This document shows positions 19,301 to 27,446 of a DNA stretch of 53,070 nucleotides, piece after piece. The position numbers and the translations under genes are program-made. Source of the DNA: an uncultured Salinarchaeum sp. Its GTDB lineage: Archaea; Halobacteriota; Halobacteria; Halobacteriales; SKNY01. The notes beneath the pieces are model-generated. The model was not told where the DNA came from. It saw only the letters and a list, made by a program, of their open reading frames with translations, and made no database searches. How positions within the stretch are numbered: the first letter of the stretch is position 1; the number at the start of each line of letters is the position of its first letter. The stretch is from assembly GCA_964489365.1 (NCBI GenBank), contig CAZAYR010000002.1:1-53070 (forward strand), written 5' to 3'.

Positions 19301-19500
19301 AGCCGTAGGCCGTCCGTGGTTTCCCGGCTGGCGAGGCGTCCATCGTCGGCCAGTTCCTCAAGCGTTTCGAGGACCTCGGTCGGGGACCGATCGAGCGTTT
19401 CGACGATTTCCTCGGTCGTCCGCGGGGTCACCGCCTGTGTCGACGCAGAAAACAGGTCAAGGACATCCGCGTCCGACCCATCGGGGGCCGGGGTGGTCAT
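16309..19500 (-). CDS. Multi-PAS sensor histidine kinase (1063 aa)
   Basis: N-terminal wHTH-like segment. At least six PAS/PAC-like repeats (recurring 'DITERK/DVTNRK/DITERV' ends). H-box FAHIASHDLQEPLRMV. HATPase_c N/G boxes (NLIGNAIKY, DNGIGI, GTGIGLALCRKIV). Confidence 0.9.
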   Translation of the reverse strand: MTTPAPDGSDADVLDLFSASTQAVTPRTTEEIVETLDRSPTEVLETLEELADDGRLASRETTDGLRLWWRPSLTADTADRAYGRSILRQFGAFVDAVSDYAIFMLDPEGHVVSWNEGAERIKGYAEEEILGEHFSIFYPDEQVEAGKPEANLRQAAAEGRAEDQGWRLRADGSRFLADIVLTAVREPDGELAGFIKVTRDLTEPRAYEAQLRQERDLVEGILETTPASISVLEPDGSFVRANSRALERLGLDADELEDYDANAWPLFDEAGELIPPEERPWAEAVRSGEPVLDERCQVELPEIGRRWLSINAAPLDVAGASDRVVMAIDDITARVEREETLQRQRDQTEKLLRTAPIAIAVQDADGETIRANPRAREILDLTDPALIDQRREDEAWRLIDRDGNRVQADETPAARVRETGEAVRERELALEDPSGTRRWFSLSAVPVEAADGSLERVVLTAEEITQLKRHAENLERRTAELETELGEILGRISDAFYALDRDWRFTHVNQRAAELLGGQPGDFIGAFLWERFPETIDTEVEERYRTAMETQEPVSFEIRDDQREVWLEINAYPSETGLSVYFRDVTNRKEREGELGRYRTIVRTVEDGIYTVDLDGRFTMVNEAYVEMTGYSREELLGSHVSLVVDEETVESAGDLEERLVEGTDRTPKIEAEIQRADGSTVPAEATFALFPSNDERIGVVRDITERRARERAIKESERRYRTLAENFPDGVVALFDTDLEYTAAGGQLLDDLGVDPEEAIGESVPERYPDHVVEQVLPHFQEALGGTASEFEIEYYDRHLYAHTLPIRDAEDAIDRGMLVAQDITERVEYREQLEESNRRLEQFAHIASHDLQEPLRMVSSYLSLLEDRYGDELDGEAIEFIDYAVDGAERMREMIQDLLAYSRLDNETGPIEPVELKTVVESTLASLEQRIEEESATVHVGDLPTVAVDANQLEMVFQNLIGNAIKYQGERPPEIEIGAERENGTWRIRVTDNGIGIDPAYTDQIFEIFQRLHGQEDYPGTGIGLALCRKIVRGHDGEIWVESEPGEGSTFYFTLPADREN

Positions 19501-19523
19501 GACGGCGATATGGATCAGCGGGC

Positions 19524-19531
19524 ATATAAAA
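19524..19531 (-). promoter_or_regulatory. TATA-box candidate (TTTTATAT on the minus strand) for the multi-PAS kinase, leaderless geometry
   Basis: Plus-strand atataaaa lies 24-31 nt upstream of the ATG at 19500 (centre about -27.5). Confidence 0.45.
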
Positions 19532-19781
19532 GACGAACCTCAGTACGTTGCCCGTAGGGATCCCCCGGATGTGGTTCCTTCGCGGGGCAGAGCGTATCCT
19601 CTCCCTCTGTGAACGTTGCGGGTGATCGGTTTCGGCGCGCACATCGTCACACCTCCCCGCCCTCGCGCGGTTTCCCCGAAACTGTCGTCTCACCGACGGA
19701 GCGGCTCGCAGCACGGAGTTCGCCGACGTCCTACCTAAACGTTTAACAGGTTTCTCGACAGATATTCCATCGGGATAACCC

Positions 19782-20384
19782 ATGAGTGCCCACGAACTTC
19801 CGCCACTTCCGTACGATTACGACGCGCTGGAACCGCACATCTCCGAACAGGTGGTCACCTGGCATCACGACACGCACCATCAGGGATACGTCAACGGCCT
19901 GAACTCGGCCGAGGACGAACTCGAGCAGAACCGGGCGAATGGCGATCACAGCTCGACGCCCGCGGCCCTGGAGAACGTGACCCACAACGGCTGTGGCCAT
20001 TACCTTCACACCCTGTTCTGGGAGAACATGAGCCCGGACGGGGGCGGCGAGCCCGACGGGGACCTCCGGGACCGCATCGAGGAGGACTTCGGCTCCTATG
20101 AGGCCTGGCGCGCGGAGTTCGAGGCCGCCGCCGGCGCCGCCGGCGGTTGGGCGCTGCTCGTCTACGATCCCGTGGCCAAGCAGCTCCGTAACCTGAAGGT
20201 CGACCGCCACGATCTCCACGCGCTTTGGGGCAGCCACCCGATCCTCGCCCTTGACGTCTGGGAGCATTCCTATTACTTCGACTACGGCCCGGACCGCGGG
20301 AGCTTCATCGAGGGTTTCTTCGAAGTCGTCAACTGGGACACGGTCGCCGAAGAATACGACAAGTGTCTCGATCACTTCGAGTAG
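19782..20384 (+). CDS. sod: Superoxide dismutase (Mn/Fe family)
   Basis: LPYDYDALEPHIS, HHDTHHQGYV, and the signature DVWEHSYYFDY. 200 aa. Confidence 0.95.
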   Translation: MSAHELPPLPYDYDALEPHISEQVVTWHHDTHHQGYVNGLNSAEDELEQNRANGDHSSTPAALENVTHNGCGHYLHTLFWENMSPDGGGEPDGDLRDRIEEDFGSYEAWRAEFEAAAGAAGGWALLVYDPVAKQLRNLKVDRHDLHALWGSHPILALDVWEHSYYFDYGPDRGSFIEGFFEVVNWDTVAEEYDKCLDHFE

Positions 20385-20487
20385 GTCGTCGCTGAGCGGC
20401 TCCCGACCAGTTCCGCGATTCACCGTCGATCGAGGCGAGCCTTCGCCCCCGATCTATTACCTCGGAAGCACGTTGCGCGTGACCTCA

Positions 20488-20494
20488 TCTTTTT
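20488..20494 (+). promoter_or_regulatory. T-rich TATA-like element upstream of the VOC gene
   Basis: catcTTTTTc is centred about 27 nt upstream of ATG 20519. This supports that ATG rather than GTG 20498 as the start. Confidence 0.35.
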
Positions 20495-20518
20495 CGCGTG
20501 GTGGACGGGATCCTCGCT

Positions 20519-20911
20519 ATGGAACCCAAACGGTTCTTTCACCTGGCGTTCAAGGTTCCCGATCTCGAGGAGGTTAGTCAGTTCTATCGAACCCACTTCG
20601 GCGCCGACATCGAGGAGCGGGAGACGAACCCGGGGGATCCCACCGCCGTGTCCTATATCGCGCTCACCCTGGCGGACAAACGACTGTATCTGTTCGAACA
20701 GGCGCCGTATGAAGCCACAGGCCTCGTCGAGCGTATCGAACCCGGATTCCTCCACTTCGGGGTGGTGGTCGAGGACGCGTCGAGCGCGGTCGACGCGCTA
20801 CGCGAAAATGGGGTCGAGGTCCTCATGGAACCGACGAAGGTCGGGGACCTTCGGGTCGCGTTCGTGCTCGATCCAACCGGCACGCGCGTCGAGTTACTCG
20901 AACACCTGTGA
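20519..20911 (+). CDS. VOC/glyoxalase-bleomycin-resistance family protein
   Basis: Paired beta-alpha-beta-beta-beta modules (FFHLAFKVPDLEE, FLHFGVVVEDASSAV). About 130 aa. The alternative GTG start at 20498 is less likely. Confidence 0.8.
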   Translation: MEPKRFFHLAFKVPDLEEVSQFYRTHFGADIEERETNPGDPTAVSYIALTLADKRLYLFEQAPYEATGLVERIEPGFLHFGVVVEDASSAVDALRENGVEVLMEPTKVGDLRVAFVLDPTGTRVELLEHL

Positions 20912-20922
20912 CGGGACCGATG

Positions 20923-21162
20923 TCACCCGTAGGTCGCTTCGAGATACTCGACGATGTCATCACTCTCCGGCATGCCGGTGACATCGTTGGCCGGATCGAC
21001 CAGCACGGGAACTCCCGTTTGCCCGCTGATCTGCACTACCTCGTGGCGCTCGGCGTGGGGCGCTGGCACGTCCTGGGTCTCGTAATCGATGCCGAGTTCG
21101 TCGAGCTTGTGCTCGACCTTTGTGCAGTACGGACATCCGGGAAGGCGGTAGAGTTTGACCAT
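20923..21162 (-). CDS. Glutaredoxin-like protein
   Basis: 79 aa. MVKLYRLPGCPYCTKV (CPYC active site) and a GVPVL motif. Confidence 0.85.
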   Translation of the reverse strand: MVKLYRLPGCPYCTKVEHKLDELGIDYETQDVPAPHAERHEVVQISGQTGVPVLVDPANDVTGMPESDDIVEYLEATYG

Positions 21163-21434
21163 GTGTCACCGAGTGTCCGAGACGGCAAAAGGCCAAGCCG
21201 AGCGGGGCGGAACTGCGTCAGGAAGCATCACCCTTCCTGTCCGATGACGGGCGATCAGCTTCCTTCGAGGATCCCGTCCCCGGGATTCAGAACCGCCCCG
21301 GTTCAGGACCGCACATGCCCCTTTCCCCAATCGCCCCATGCATCGTTCACAGGTGACAAGGGGATCGATCCTGCGTCCGTCACCGCCGACCCCGACACCG
21401 CGGGGCCGGTCGGCTAGCCGGGGCGAATCGCCGA

Positions 21435-22403
21435 TTACACCACGATCGCGCCGAACGGGTACGCGGCCGTCTCACGGTGCCAGCAAATCTCCGAGGTCGG
21501 CTCGAGGAGGGACAACGAGCCGTCGTCGTAGTGGGAAAGGACGAGCCCGCTGTCCGTCCCGCACGCCGCGATCGCCCCCGCCGGGATGGGAATCGCCGCC
21601 CCCTCCAGCCCCCGCAGGACCGGCGCCCCCCGATCGATCACGTGAAGTTGGTCGGCCCAGCGAACCAGGTCGACCGGCCGTTCGTACCCCTCGAGGACCT
21701 CGGATGCATCGAATTCGTGATCGGAAGCGTGGATCACGCCATCCTCGGGGGAGGGCACGTAGATCCGATCCGCGGTCACCGTCAGGTCATAGCAGCCCGC
21801 ACCGACCTCCGCCTCGCCGGCGACATCGCCTTCGGCACCGAGCGGAAACGACACGACCCGCTGGTTCGAGCGATCGACCGCAAAGCCGAGATCGGCGTTC
21901 GGCGCCAGTTCGACCCCCTCGACCCTGGCGTCCTCCCCCACGGCGATGTCGTGAACGTGGCGCATTCGCTCGGCATCGACGACGCTGACCACGCCGTCAC
22001 GCCGGCTTCCCACGTACAGGAGGCCGTCGTGGGCAGCGAGCTCGTGGGGTTCGGCCCCGACGCCGATCCGTTCGACCAGCTCCCCCGCCACGGGGTCGAT
22101 CGCCGCGAGGACGTCGCCGGCAGTACAGGTGACGAAAAGCCGCGCCCCGACCGTCGAGAAGTGCGACGGCCCGAGGACTCCGACGTTGATTCGGGAAACG
22201 GAGCCGTCGACGTCGACGACCGCCACCGACCGCTCATCCATCGTCGCGACGAAGACCCGGTCGGCTATTCTCGGCGCGTGGACGGGGTGGCCCCCGACCG
22301 GGATTCGGCCCAGTGGCTCGCCAGTATCGAGCGCGTGCAAGGCCAGCACCCCCGCACCCTGGCAGCACACGGCGACGATCGGGCCGACCGACGGTTCGGA
22401 CAC
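21435..22403 (-). CDS. Cytoplasmic YncE/YVTN-like beta-propeller protein
   Basis: No signal peptide. Repeated blade pattern (V.V.D..s..v...i.vG..P) six to seven times. Immediately downstream of the rhodanese-like gene (1-nt gap). Confidence 0.7.
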   Translation of the reverse strand: MSEPSVGPIVAVCCQGAGVLALHALDTGEPLGRIPVGGHPVHAPRIADRVFVATMDERSVAVVDVDGSVSRINVGVLGPSHFSTVGARLFVTCTAGDVLAAIDPVAGELVERIGVGAEPHELAAHDGLLYVGSRRDGVVSVVDAERMRHVHDIAVGEDARVEGVELAPNADLGFAVDRSNQRVVSFPLGAEGDVAGEAEVGAGCYDLTVTADRIYVPSPEDGVIHASDHEFDASEVLEGYERPVDLVRWADQLHVIDRGAPVLRGLEGAAIPIPAGAIAACGTDSGLVLSHYDDGSLSLLEPTSEICWHRETAAYPFGAIVV

Positions 22404-22404
22404 G

Positions 22405-23433
22405 TCAGTTACAGGTGAAATCGCTGCCGTCGGACGTGCCGACGTCGCCCTCGGTCTCGATCACGGCCGTGGTGCCGGTCTCGACGGGATACCGACCGTC
22501 GTCGCCGCTATTCGCCCATTCCCCGAAGCCCCCCTCGTAAAGACGGACGTCCGTGAACCCGATCGCCCGGAGGGTCACCAACGTCTGGGTCGGGTCGACG
22601 TTCTCGTTGCCGTACACGACGACCGTGCCGTCCTCGACGAGTTCCGCCTCGCCGGCGTACAGTTGCCAGAGGTCGCCCGGAAACGCGAGCCGGCCCCCGT
22701 CGATGTTCCCGAACCAGTGGACGTTCACGGCGCCCGGGAGGTGGCCATGGCGCTCGTGGGAATCCTCGAGGGCGGACGAGCCCGCCGCCGCCACGTACGC
22801 GTCCGGTTCCCGCACGTCGACGAGCCCCGGGCCATCCTCGTTGAGCGTACCGACCCGCTCGGCAAGCCACTCGCGATCGACCCAGAAATCGTTTGTCGGG
22901 TCGGGATCATAGTCGACGGCGTCCGCCGAGCCCCCGCGACCGGTCCCGATACGCCCGGTCCACGCGTCGATGCCGCCGTTGAGGATAGACACGTCCCCGC
23001 CGTGTCCAAGGGCTTGCAGCGCGTAGACCGTGCGGGTGACCCGCGCGCCCACGCTCGACCCATAGACGAGGACGTCGTCGTCGGGCGTGACGCCGAGCTC
23101 GCCGAAAGCCTCGGCGTAGGCAGCCGTGTCGGGGGCGAGGCCGCGATCGGTCTCCCGTCGAGTGGAGATCCCGTCGAGTGCCACACGACGTGCCCCATAG
23201 ATCCGCTCGTTCCGGTAAAACCGGGCTTGCCGGGCGTCGAGTATCACCAGGTCGTCCGCGCGATCCGTGGCCCAATCAACGCCGACGAAGTACTCCACGT
23301 TGCCGTCCGGGCTCGTCGCCCGGGCCACGTCCGCCGGCGTGGTGATCTGTGCACAGCCGGCCATCCCGATGGCGGCGGTCGTTCCCGCGGCCGCGAGCAG
23401 CGAACGACGCGTGCGATGCGGGTCGTCTGTCAT
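22405..23433 (-). CDS. Tat-exported tandem rhodanese-like lipoprotein; both domains lack the catalytic Cys
   Basis: Signal MTDDPHRTRRSLLAAAGTTAAIGMAGC. Domain 1: LVILDAR...VLVYGSSVGARVTRTVYALQALGHGGDVSILNGGIDAW. Domain 2: LVDVRE...GHLPGAVNV...VVVYGNENVDPTQTLVTLRAIGFTDVRLYEGGFGEW. Gly/Asn occupy the active-site Cys position. The only other Cys is penultimate (FTCN). Confidence 0.8.
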   Translation of the reverse strand: MTDDPHRTRRSLLAAAGTTAAIGMAGCAQITTPADVARATSPDGNVEYFVGVDWATDRADDLVILDARQARFYRNERIYGARRVALDGISTRRETDRGLAPDTAAYAEAFGELGVTPDDDVLVYGSSVGARVTRTVYALQALGHGGDVSILNGGIDAWTGRIGTGRGGSADAVDYDPDPTNDFWVDREWLAERVGTLNEDGPGLVDVREPDAYVAAAGSSALEDSHERHGHLPGAVNVHWFGNIDGGRLAFPGDLWQLYAGEAELVEDGTVVVYGNENVDPTQTLVTLRAIGFTDVRLYEGGFGEWANSGDDGRYPVETGTTAVIETEGDVGTSDGSDFTCN

Positions 23434-23514
23434 GTGGGTGTTTGAGTACTTTCCCCTCGGGTGGCGAACGCAAAGGATGCATTGGTTTCCCGGTCTGGAT
23501 CGAGACGTTCCACG

Positions 23515-24765
23515 TTAGGCCGTCCCGAGCCGTGACCCGCAGGCACAGCCCTCCTCGCAACAGGTCGGGACGACCTCGTCGTCATCCGTGAGCCCGATCG
23601 AGGCCATCGCCGCGAGGAATCGGGCCTCCACGTTTTCGGACGGGCGCACGGATCGTGCTGTGGCCGATCGCGGCGCCGCGCCGACCTCGATGGTGTCGAC
23701 CTGCTCGACGGACTCGTGATCGATGACCGCGACCTCGTCGTTCTCCTGGACGGGCACGTACAGTTTCGTCTGATCGGGGTCCCAGGTGCCCGTCCGGACC
23801 GACCCGCCGACGTCGATGTGCTCGGTCACCTCCATTTCGGTCACGTCAATGACAGTGACCTCGTCCGTGAAGACGTAGACGAGCTCGTTGTCCGGCCCCC
23901 ACTCGCTCGTCGTCGGGCCCGGGCCGAGGCCGTCGTCGGTGGTGAATCGCTCGAGCTCCTCGGGCGCTTCGGGGTCGCTAGTGTCGATGATACTTTCCGT
24001 GCCCTCCTCGCCTTCGAAGTTCTCGATGGCCACATAGTTACCATCCCACGACGCAGTCGCCATGAACGGCTCGACCGGTCCTTCCGCGAGTGGCTCGAGT
24101 TCCAAGCGCGTGGCGATCTCGAACGGTTCGGTCTGCACGACCGTCAGGTAATCCGCGCCGAGGTCCGGACAGTACGAATACTCCCCATCCGGGCCGACGG
24201 TGATGTCGCATGGAGCCGGTTGGGGATCCTCGTCGCTCCGGTCGATCTCGTCGAGCACGTCCCCGAATGAATCACTGTCCCGATCGGCATCCACGAGGAA
24301 GTGCGTGTGGACCGGCTCCCGGGAACTGACGATCAGACGGTCCCCCTCGGGGGTCAGTTCCTGCCAGTTCGCGTCGGTCTCCGTCGGGATATCGGCCACT
24401 TGAGAGAGCTGCTCTCTGGCGTCGAACCCGAAAATACCTCCTTCGACATTCATCCAGAGGGTGTCCACGCCCGATTGGATCGCCGCGTACTGATTGGCGG
24501 GCCACGAGGAGGTCGTCCCGATGTACTCGCTCCGGAGAAGCTCGTCCTCGACCGCGTCGATCAGGCTCACGGTCATATCCCCCGTATTAAAGACGAAGAC
24601 GGTGGCGTCCGAACTCGAATCGTCACCGAGACATCCCGCGCTCGAGGCCGCGACGCCGGCGACACCGGTCGACTTGAGGACGCGCCGGCGAGAGATGCCG
24701 CCAAACCGACCTCCGTCACTGTCGGAGCGGCCCTCGGGAGACTGCTGTGTCCGCTGTCGGGTCAT
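23515..24765 (-). CDS. Tat-exported beta-propeller-like lipoprotein with a Cys-rich C-terminal tail
   Basis: Signal GISRRRVLKSTGVAGVAASSAGC. Very acidic mature part with propeller-like repeats. C-terminus PTCCEEGCACGSRLGTA. Confidence 0.7.
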   Translation of the reverse strand: MTRQRTQQSPEGRSDSDGGRFGGISRRRVLKSTGVAGVAASSAGCLGDDSSSDATVFVFNTGDMTVSLIDAVEDELLRSEYIGTTSSWPANQYAAIQSGVDTLWMNVEGGIFGFDAREQLSQVADIPTETDANWQELTPEGDRLIVSSREPVHTHFLVDADRDSDSFGDVLDEIDRSDEDPQPAPCDITVGPDGEYSYCPDLGADYLTVVQTEPFEIATRLELEPLAEGPVEPFMATASWDGNYVAIENFEGEEGTESIIDTSDPEAPEELERFTTDDGLGPGPTTSEWGPDNELVYVFTDEVTVIDVTEMEVTEHIDVGGSVRTGTWDPDQTKLYVPVQENDEVAVIDHESVEQVDTIEVGAAPRSATARSVRPSENVEARFLAAMASIGLTDDDEVVPTCCEEGCACGSRLGTA

Positions 24766-24788
24766 TACCGGAGGTTACCGTAGGACCG

Positions 24789-24795
24789 CTAAAAA
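24789..24795 (-). promoter_or_regulatory. TATA-like element (TTTTTAG on the minus strand) for the 23515-24765 gene
   Basis: Centred about 27 nt upstream of the ATG at 24765, in the 215-nt region divergent from yeeE. Confidence 0.35.
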
Positions 24796-24980
24796 GTCCG
24801 CGACGGCTACAGTGGTTTCCTGTTCACCGTCCAAGCGGCAGCTTTTACCGCCATCCCTGACGTCAGCCGACACACGGTTTCCCAAACAGACCGGGGGTAG
24901 GGCTTCGATCGCGGGGGATACGCGGCCGGTCGCCCGCACCCACGCCTGCCGGCGAAGCTTCCCCTGATCGACTGTTCTAA

Positions 24981-26210
24981 GTGAATCGATCCGATACGGC
25001 CGATATGGCCGGCCTTTCGCCCACCGGATACATTCTCGTCTCCCTGTTCGTCGGCTTTGCCTTCGGGGTGCTCCTCCAGAAGTCCCGGTTTTGCTTCGTG
25101 AGCGCCTTCCGGGACTTCGTCGGGTTCAGAGATACGCGCGTCCTCAAAGGGGTGCTGGCCGGCATCTTCGTGCTGACGATCTTCTGGAGCCTCCAGGCCA
25201 CGTTCGGATACTTCCGCGGGTTCTGGGCGCCGGCGTGGGGGCTGGGATCGTTCGCCGGCGGCGTGGTCTTCGGGCTCGGGATGACACTCGCCGGCGGGTG
25301 TGCCTCCGGAACCCTTTACCGGGCCGGGCAGGGCTACCTCCAGTTCTGGCTCGTGTTGGTGTTCATGTTCGTCGGGTACGTCCTGTTCGCCTTCGCCTTC
25401 CCGTTCCTCGAAACGGCGTATTTCGCGCGCCTGAATCCCTTCGACGGGGTGACGCTGTACTGGGTGTTTCCCTGGTCGCCCGCGGTGACAGGCGCACTCG
25501 CCGTCGCGGTGGGCGTCCTGTTGTACGCCTACGTCCTCGGCACCCAGATCCTTCCGGAGGAACCCGATCGACCGACGCCAGCGAGCGCCACGGTAAACGC
25601 GGGCGTCGTGCCGGGCCGGTCCATCGCGGCCGTGGAGGTCGGCCTCCAGCAGGTTCTGCAGGGCACGGTCGCACATCTGCGTGGTTGGATTCGAGACGAC
25701 CGACCGGTTGCCGAGCGGCTCCGCGCGCCCTGGGACGCCCGTACCGCCGGCGTCGGCATGGCGATCGTCGCGGCACTCTGGTTCTGGGTCCACGGCCACT
25801 GGGCGATCACGGGGGCGGAGGCCCAGTGGGCGGGCTGGGGACTCTCCCAGACCGGCGTCGACGTGGCGAGCGTGCGGTACTGGGGGTCGATCCTCTTCCG
25901 GGACGGCGCGATCACGATCACCGTCGATATGCTCATGATCGCGGCGTTGATCGTCGGGTCGTTCGTCGCGGCGTGGTTCTCGGGGGACTTCCGCGTGCGC
26001 ACCCCACGCCGCAATCGGTTGCCGAACTACGTCGCGGGCGGCTTCCTGATGGGCGTCGGCTCCCGCCTGGCTGCGGGCTGTAACATCGCGAACCTCTTTT
26101 CAGGGGTCGCACTGCTTTCGATTCACTCGCTTCTGGCCGGGGCGGGGATCATCGTCGGCGTCTACGTGATGACCCACTGGCTGTACCGCGAAGTGGGCTG
26201 TGCCCTCTAG
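24981..26210 (+). CDS. YeeE/YedE family sulfur-compound (thiosulfate) transporter
   Basis: About nine TM helices. Three Cys-containing motifs resembling the YeeE pore motifs: KSRFCFVSAF, LAGGCASGTLYR, LAAGCNIANLF. Start is GTG 24981 or ATG 25005. Confidence 0.85.
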   Translation: MNRSDTADMAGLSPTGYILVSLFVGFAFGVLLQKSRFCFVSAFRDFVGFRDTRVLKGVLAGIFVLTIFWSLQATFGYFRGFWAPAWGLGSFAGGVVFGLGMTLAGGCASGTLYRAGQGYLQFWLVLVFMFVGYVLFAFAFPFLETAYFARLNPFDGVTLYWVFPWSPAVTGALAVAVGVLLYAYVLGTQILPEEPDRPTPASATVNAGVVPGRSIAAVEVGLQQVLQGTVAHLRGWIRDDRPVAERLRAPWDARTAGVGMAIVAALWFWVHGHWAITGAEAQWAGWGLSQTGVDVASVRYWGSILFRDGAITITVDMLMIAALIVGSFVAAWFSGDFRVRTPRRNRLPNYVAGGFLMGVGSRLAAGCNIANLFSGVALLSIHSLLAGAGIIVGVYVMTHWLYREVGCAL

Positions 26211-26279
26211 GGTTTCGGACGTCGGCAAGATCGACGGTATCCCGGACAACTACAACCGTGCCGGCGGGATCCGGACACG

Positions 26280-26663
26280 ATGCGCGTTGCTTACGTGTTC
26301 AGTACGGCCGGCCAGACGATCGATTACATCCTCGGCGACATGATCCTCCCCCAACTCGAGGCCGGCGAGCACGGCGTCGACGTCGCCGGAATGTTCTTTT
26401 TCCATGATAACACGTTCGTGCTGCGGGAAGGGGATCCCCTCGGCGAGCGGCTCGCCCGGGTCGCGGGAGAGCGCAACATCCTCCTGATGCTCTGCGACCG
26501 GTGTGCGACCAAGCGGGGCCTCGCCGATCAGGTCGGCGAGTACGAGAGCGGGCGGGCACGCTACGAGCCTCGCAACGTCATCGAGGGTACCCAGGTCGGG
26601 TGCTTCCCGGAGCTCTACGACGCCCTCGGGGAGCAGCCGCCCGACCAGGTCATTACGTTATAA
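26280..26663 (+). CDS. DsrE/TusD-like sulfur-relay protein
   Basis: 127 aa Rossmann-like small protein. MRVAYVFS start and LMLCDRCATKRGL (Cys...RG motif of the DsrE family). Follows yeeE by 69 nt. Confidence 0.75.
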   Translation: MRVAYVFSTAGQTIDYILGDMILPQLEAGEHGVDVAGMFFFHDNTFVLREGDPLGERLARVAGERNILLMLCDRCATKRGLADQVGEYESGRARYEPRNVIEGTQVGCFPELYDALGEQPPDQVITL

Positions 26664-26686
26664 AATGGAGTGAGCCGCGCCCGCCG

Positions 26687-27019
26687 TCAGAACTGGGCTT
26701 CCTCGCTCCGCTCGAGTTCGTACTCCCACTCTGCGTATCCGCCTGCCATGCTCGCGTGCTCCACGTCTTCGTCGACGCCCTCGTAGCTCTCGATGAGGCG
26801 GGCCCCCTGAATCGATGATTGTCCGATGGGACAGGCCACCACGACGTCGTCGCCCCAGTCGACCTCCTCGACGCGTTTCGGCAGGTCGTTCAGCGGAATG
26901 TTGATCGCGCCGGGGATATGGCCGGCCTCGTAGTCCTCGGGCTGGCGAGTGTCCACGACCTGAACGTCGCCGCGTTCGACCTTTTCCTTGACTTCCTCGG
27001 GAGTGACTTCGGAAACCAT
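26687..27019 (-). CDS. Single-domain rhodanese (active-site Cys present)
   Basis: VVDTRQPEDYEAGHIPGAINIP and active loop VVVACPIGQSSIQGARL. Start at ATG 27019, 1 nt after the tusA-like stop codon. Confidence 0.85.
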   Translation of the reverse strand: MVSEVTPEEVKEKVERGDVQVVDTRQPEDYEAGHIPGAINIPLNDLPKRVEEVDWGDDVVVACPIGQSSIQGARLIESYEGVDEDVEHASMAGGYAEWEYELERSEEAQF

Positions 27020-27020
27020 G

Positions 27021-27320
27021 TCAGCGCCGGTGGAGGAAGATCCGATAGAACCCATTGCCCGATTTCCAGATCTTGGCGTCGGCCAGGTCCTCGACGGCCT
27101 TCGGGACGTTCTCGGTGCTTGGCACGTGGTCGGTCTCCTGGACGAGCCATTCGCCGGGCGCAAGGCCCTGGATGGCCTTCTTGGCCTCGACCTGGGGGTA
27201 TGGGCAGACCTCGCCCGTCATGTCCTGAACCTCCGCGGCCTCGTCGATCAGCTGTTCGGCCGTCTCGTCGTCGATCTCGTCGGGAAGTTCGACGACGTCC
27301 TCCCAAGCGGTTTGACTCAT
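27021..27320 (-). CDS. tusA: TusA/SirA-like sulfur carrier protein
   Basis: DMTGEVCPYPQVEAKKAIQGLAPGEWLVQ carries the CPxP motif and fold pattern of the TusA family. 99 aa. Confidence 0.85.
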   Translation of the reverse strand: MSQTAWEDVVELPDEIDDETAEQLIDEAAEVQDMTGEVCPYPQVEAKKAIQGLAPGEWLVQETDHVPSTENVPKAVEDLADAKIWKSGNGFYRIFLHRR

Positions 27321-27345
27321 AGTATGCGAATCTAGGTGCTCCGCG

Positions 27346-27352
27346 CTTTAAT
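27346..27352 (-). promoter_or_regulatory. TATA-like element (ATTAAAG on the minus strand) for tusA-rhodanese
   Basis: Centred about 29 nt upstream of the ATG at 27320. Confidence 0.35.
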
Positions 27353-27446
27353 CCGTTCCGTCCCGTACAAACTTGCCACTATCTCCGATCCCGGCAGCCG
27401 CGGGGGGTTTCGTCGCACTCTTGAGGGGAGCGGCGAATCTCGTGGT

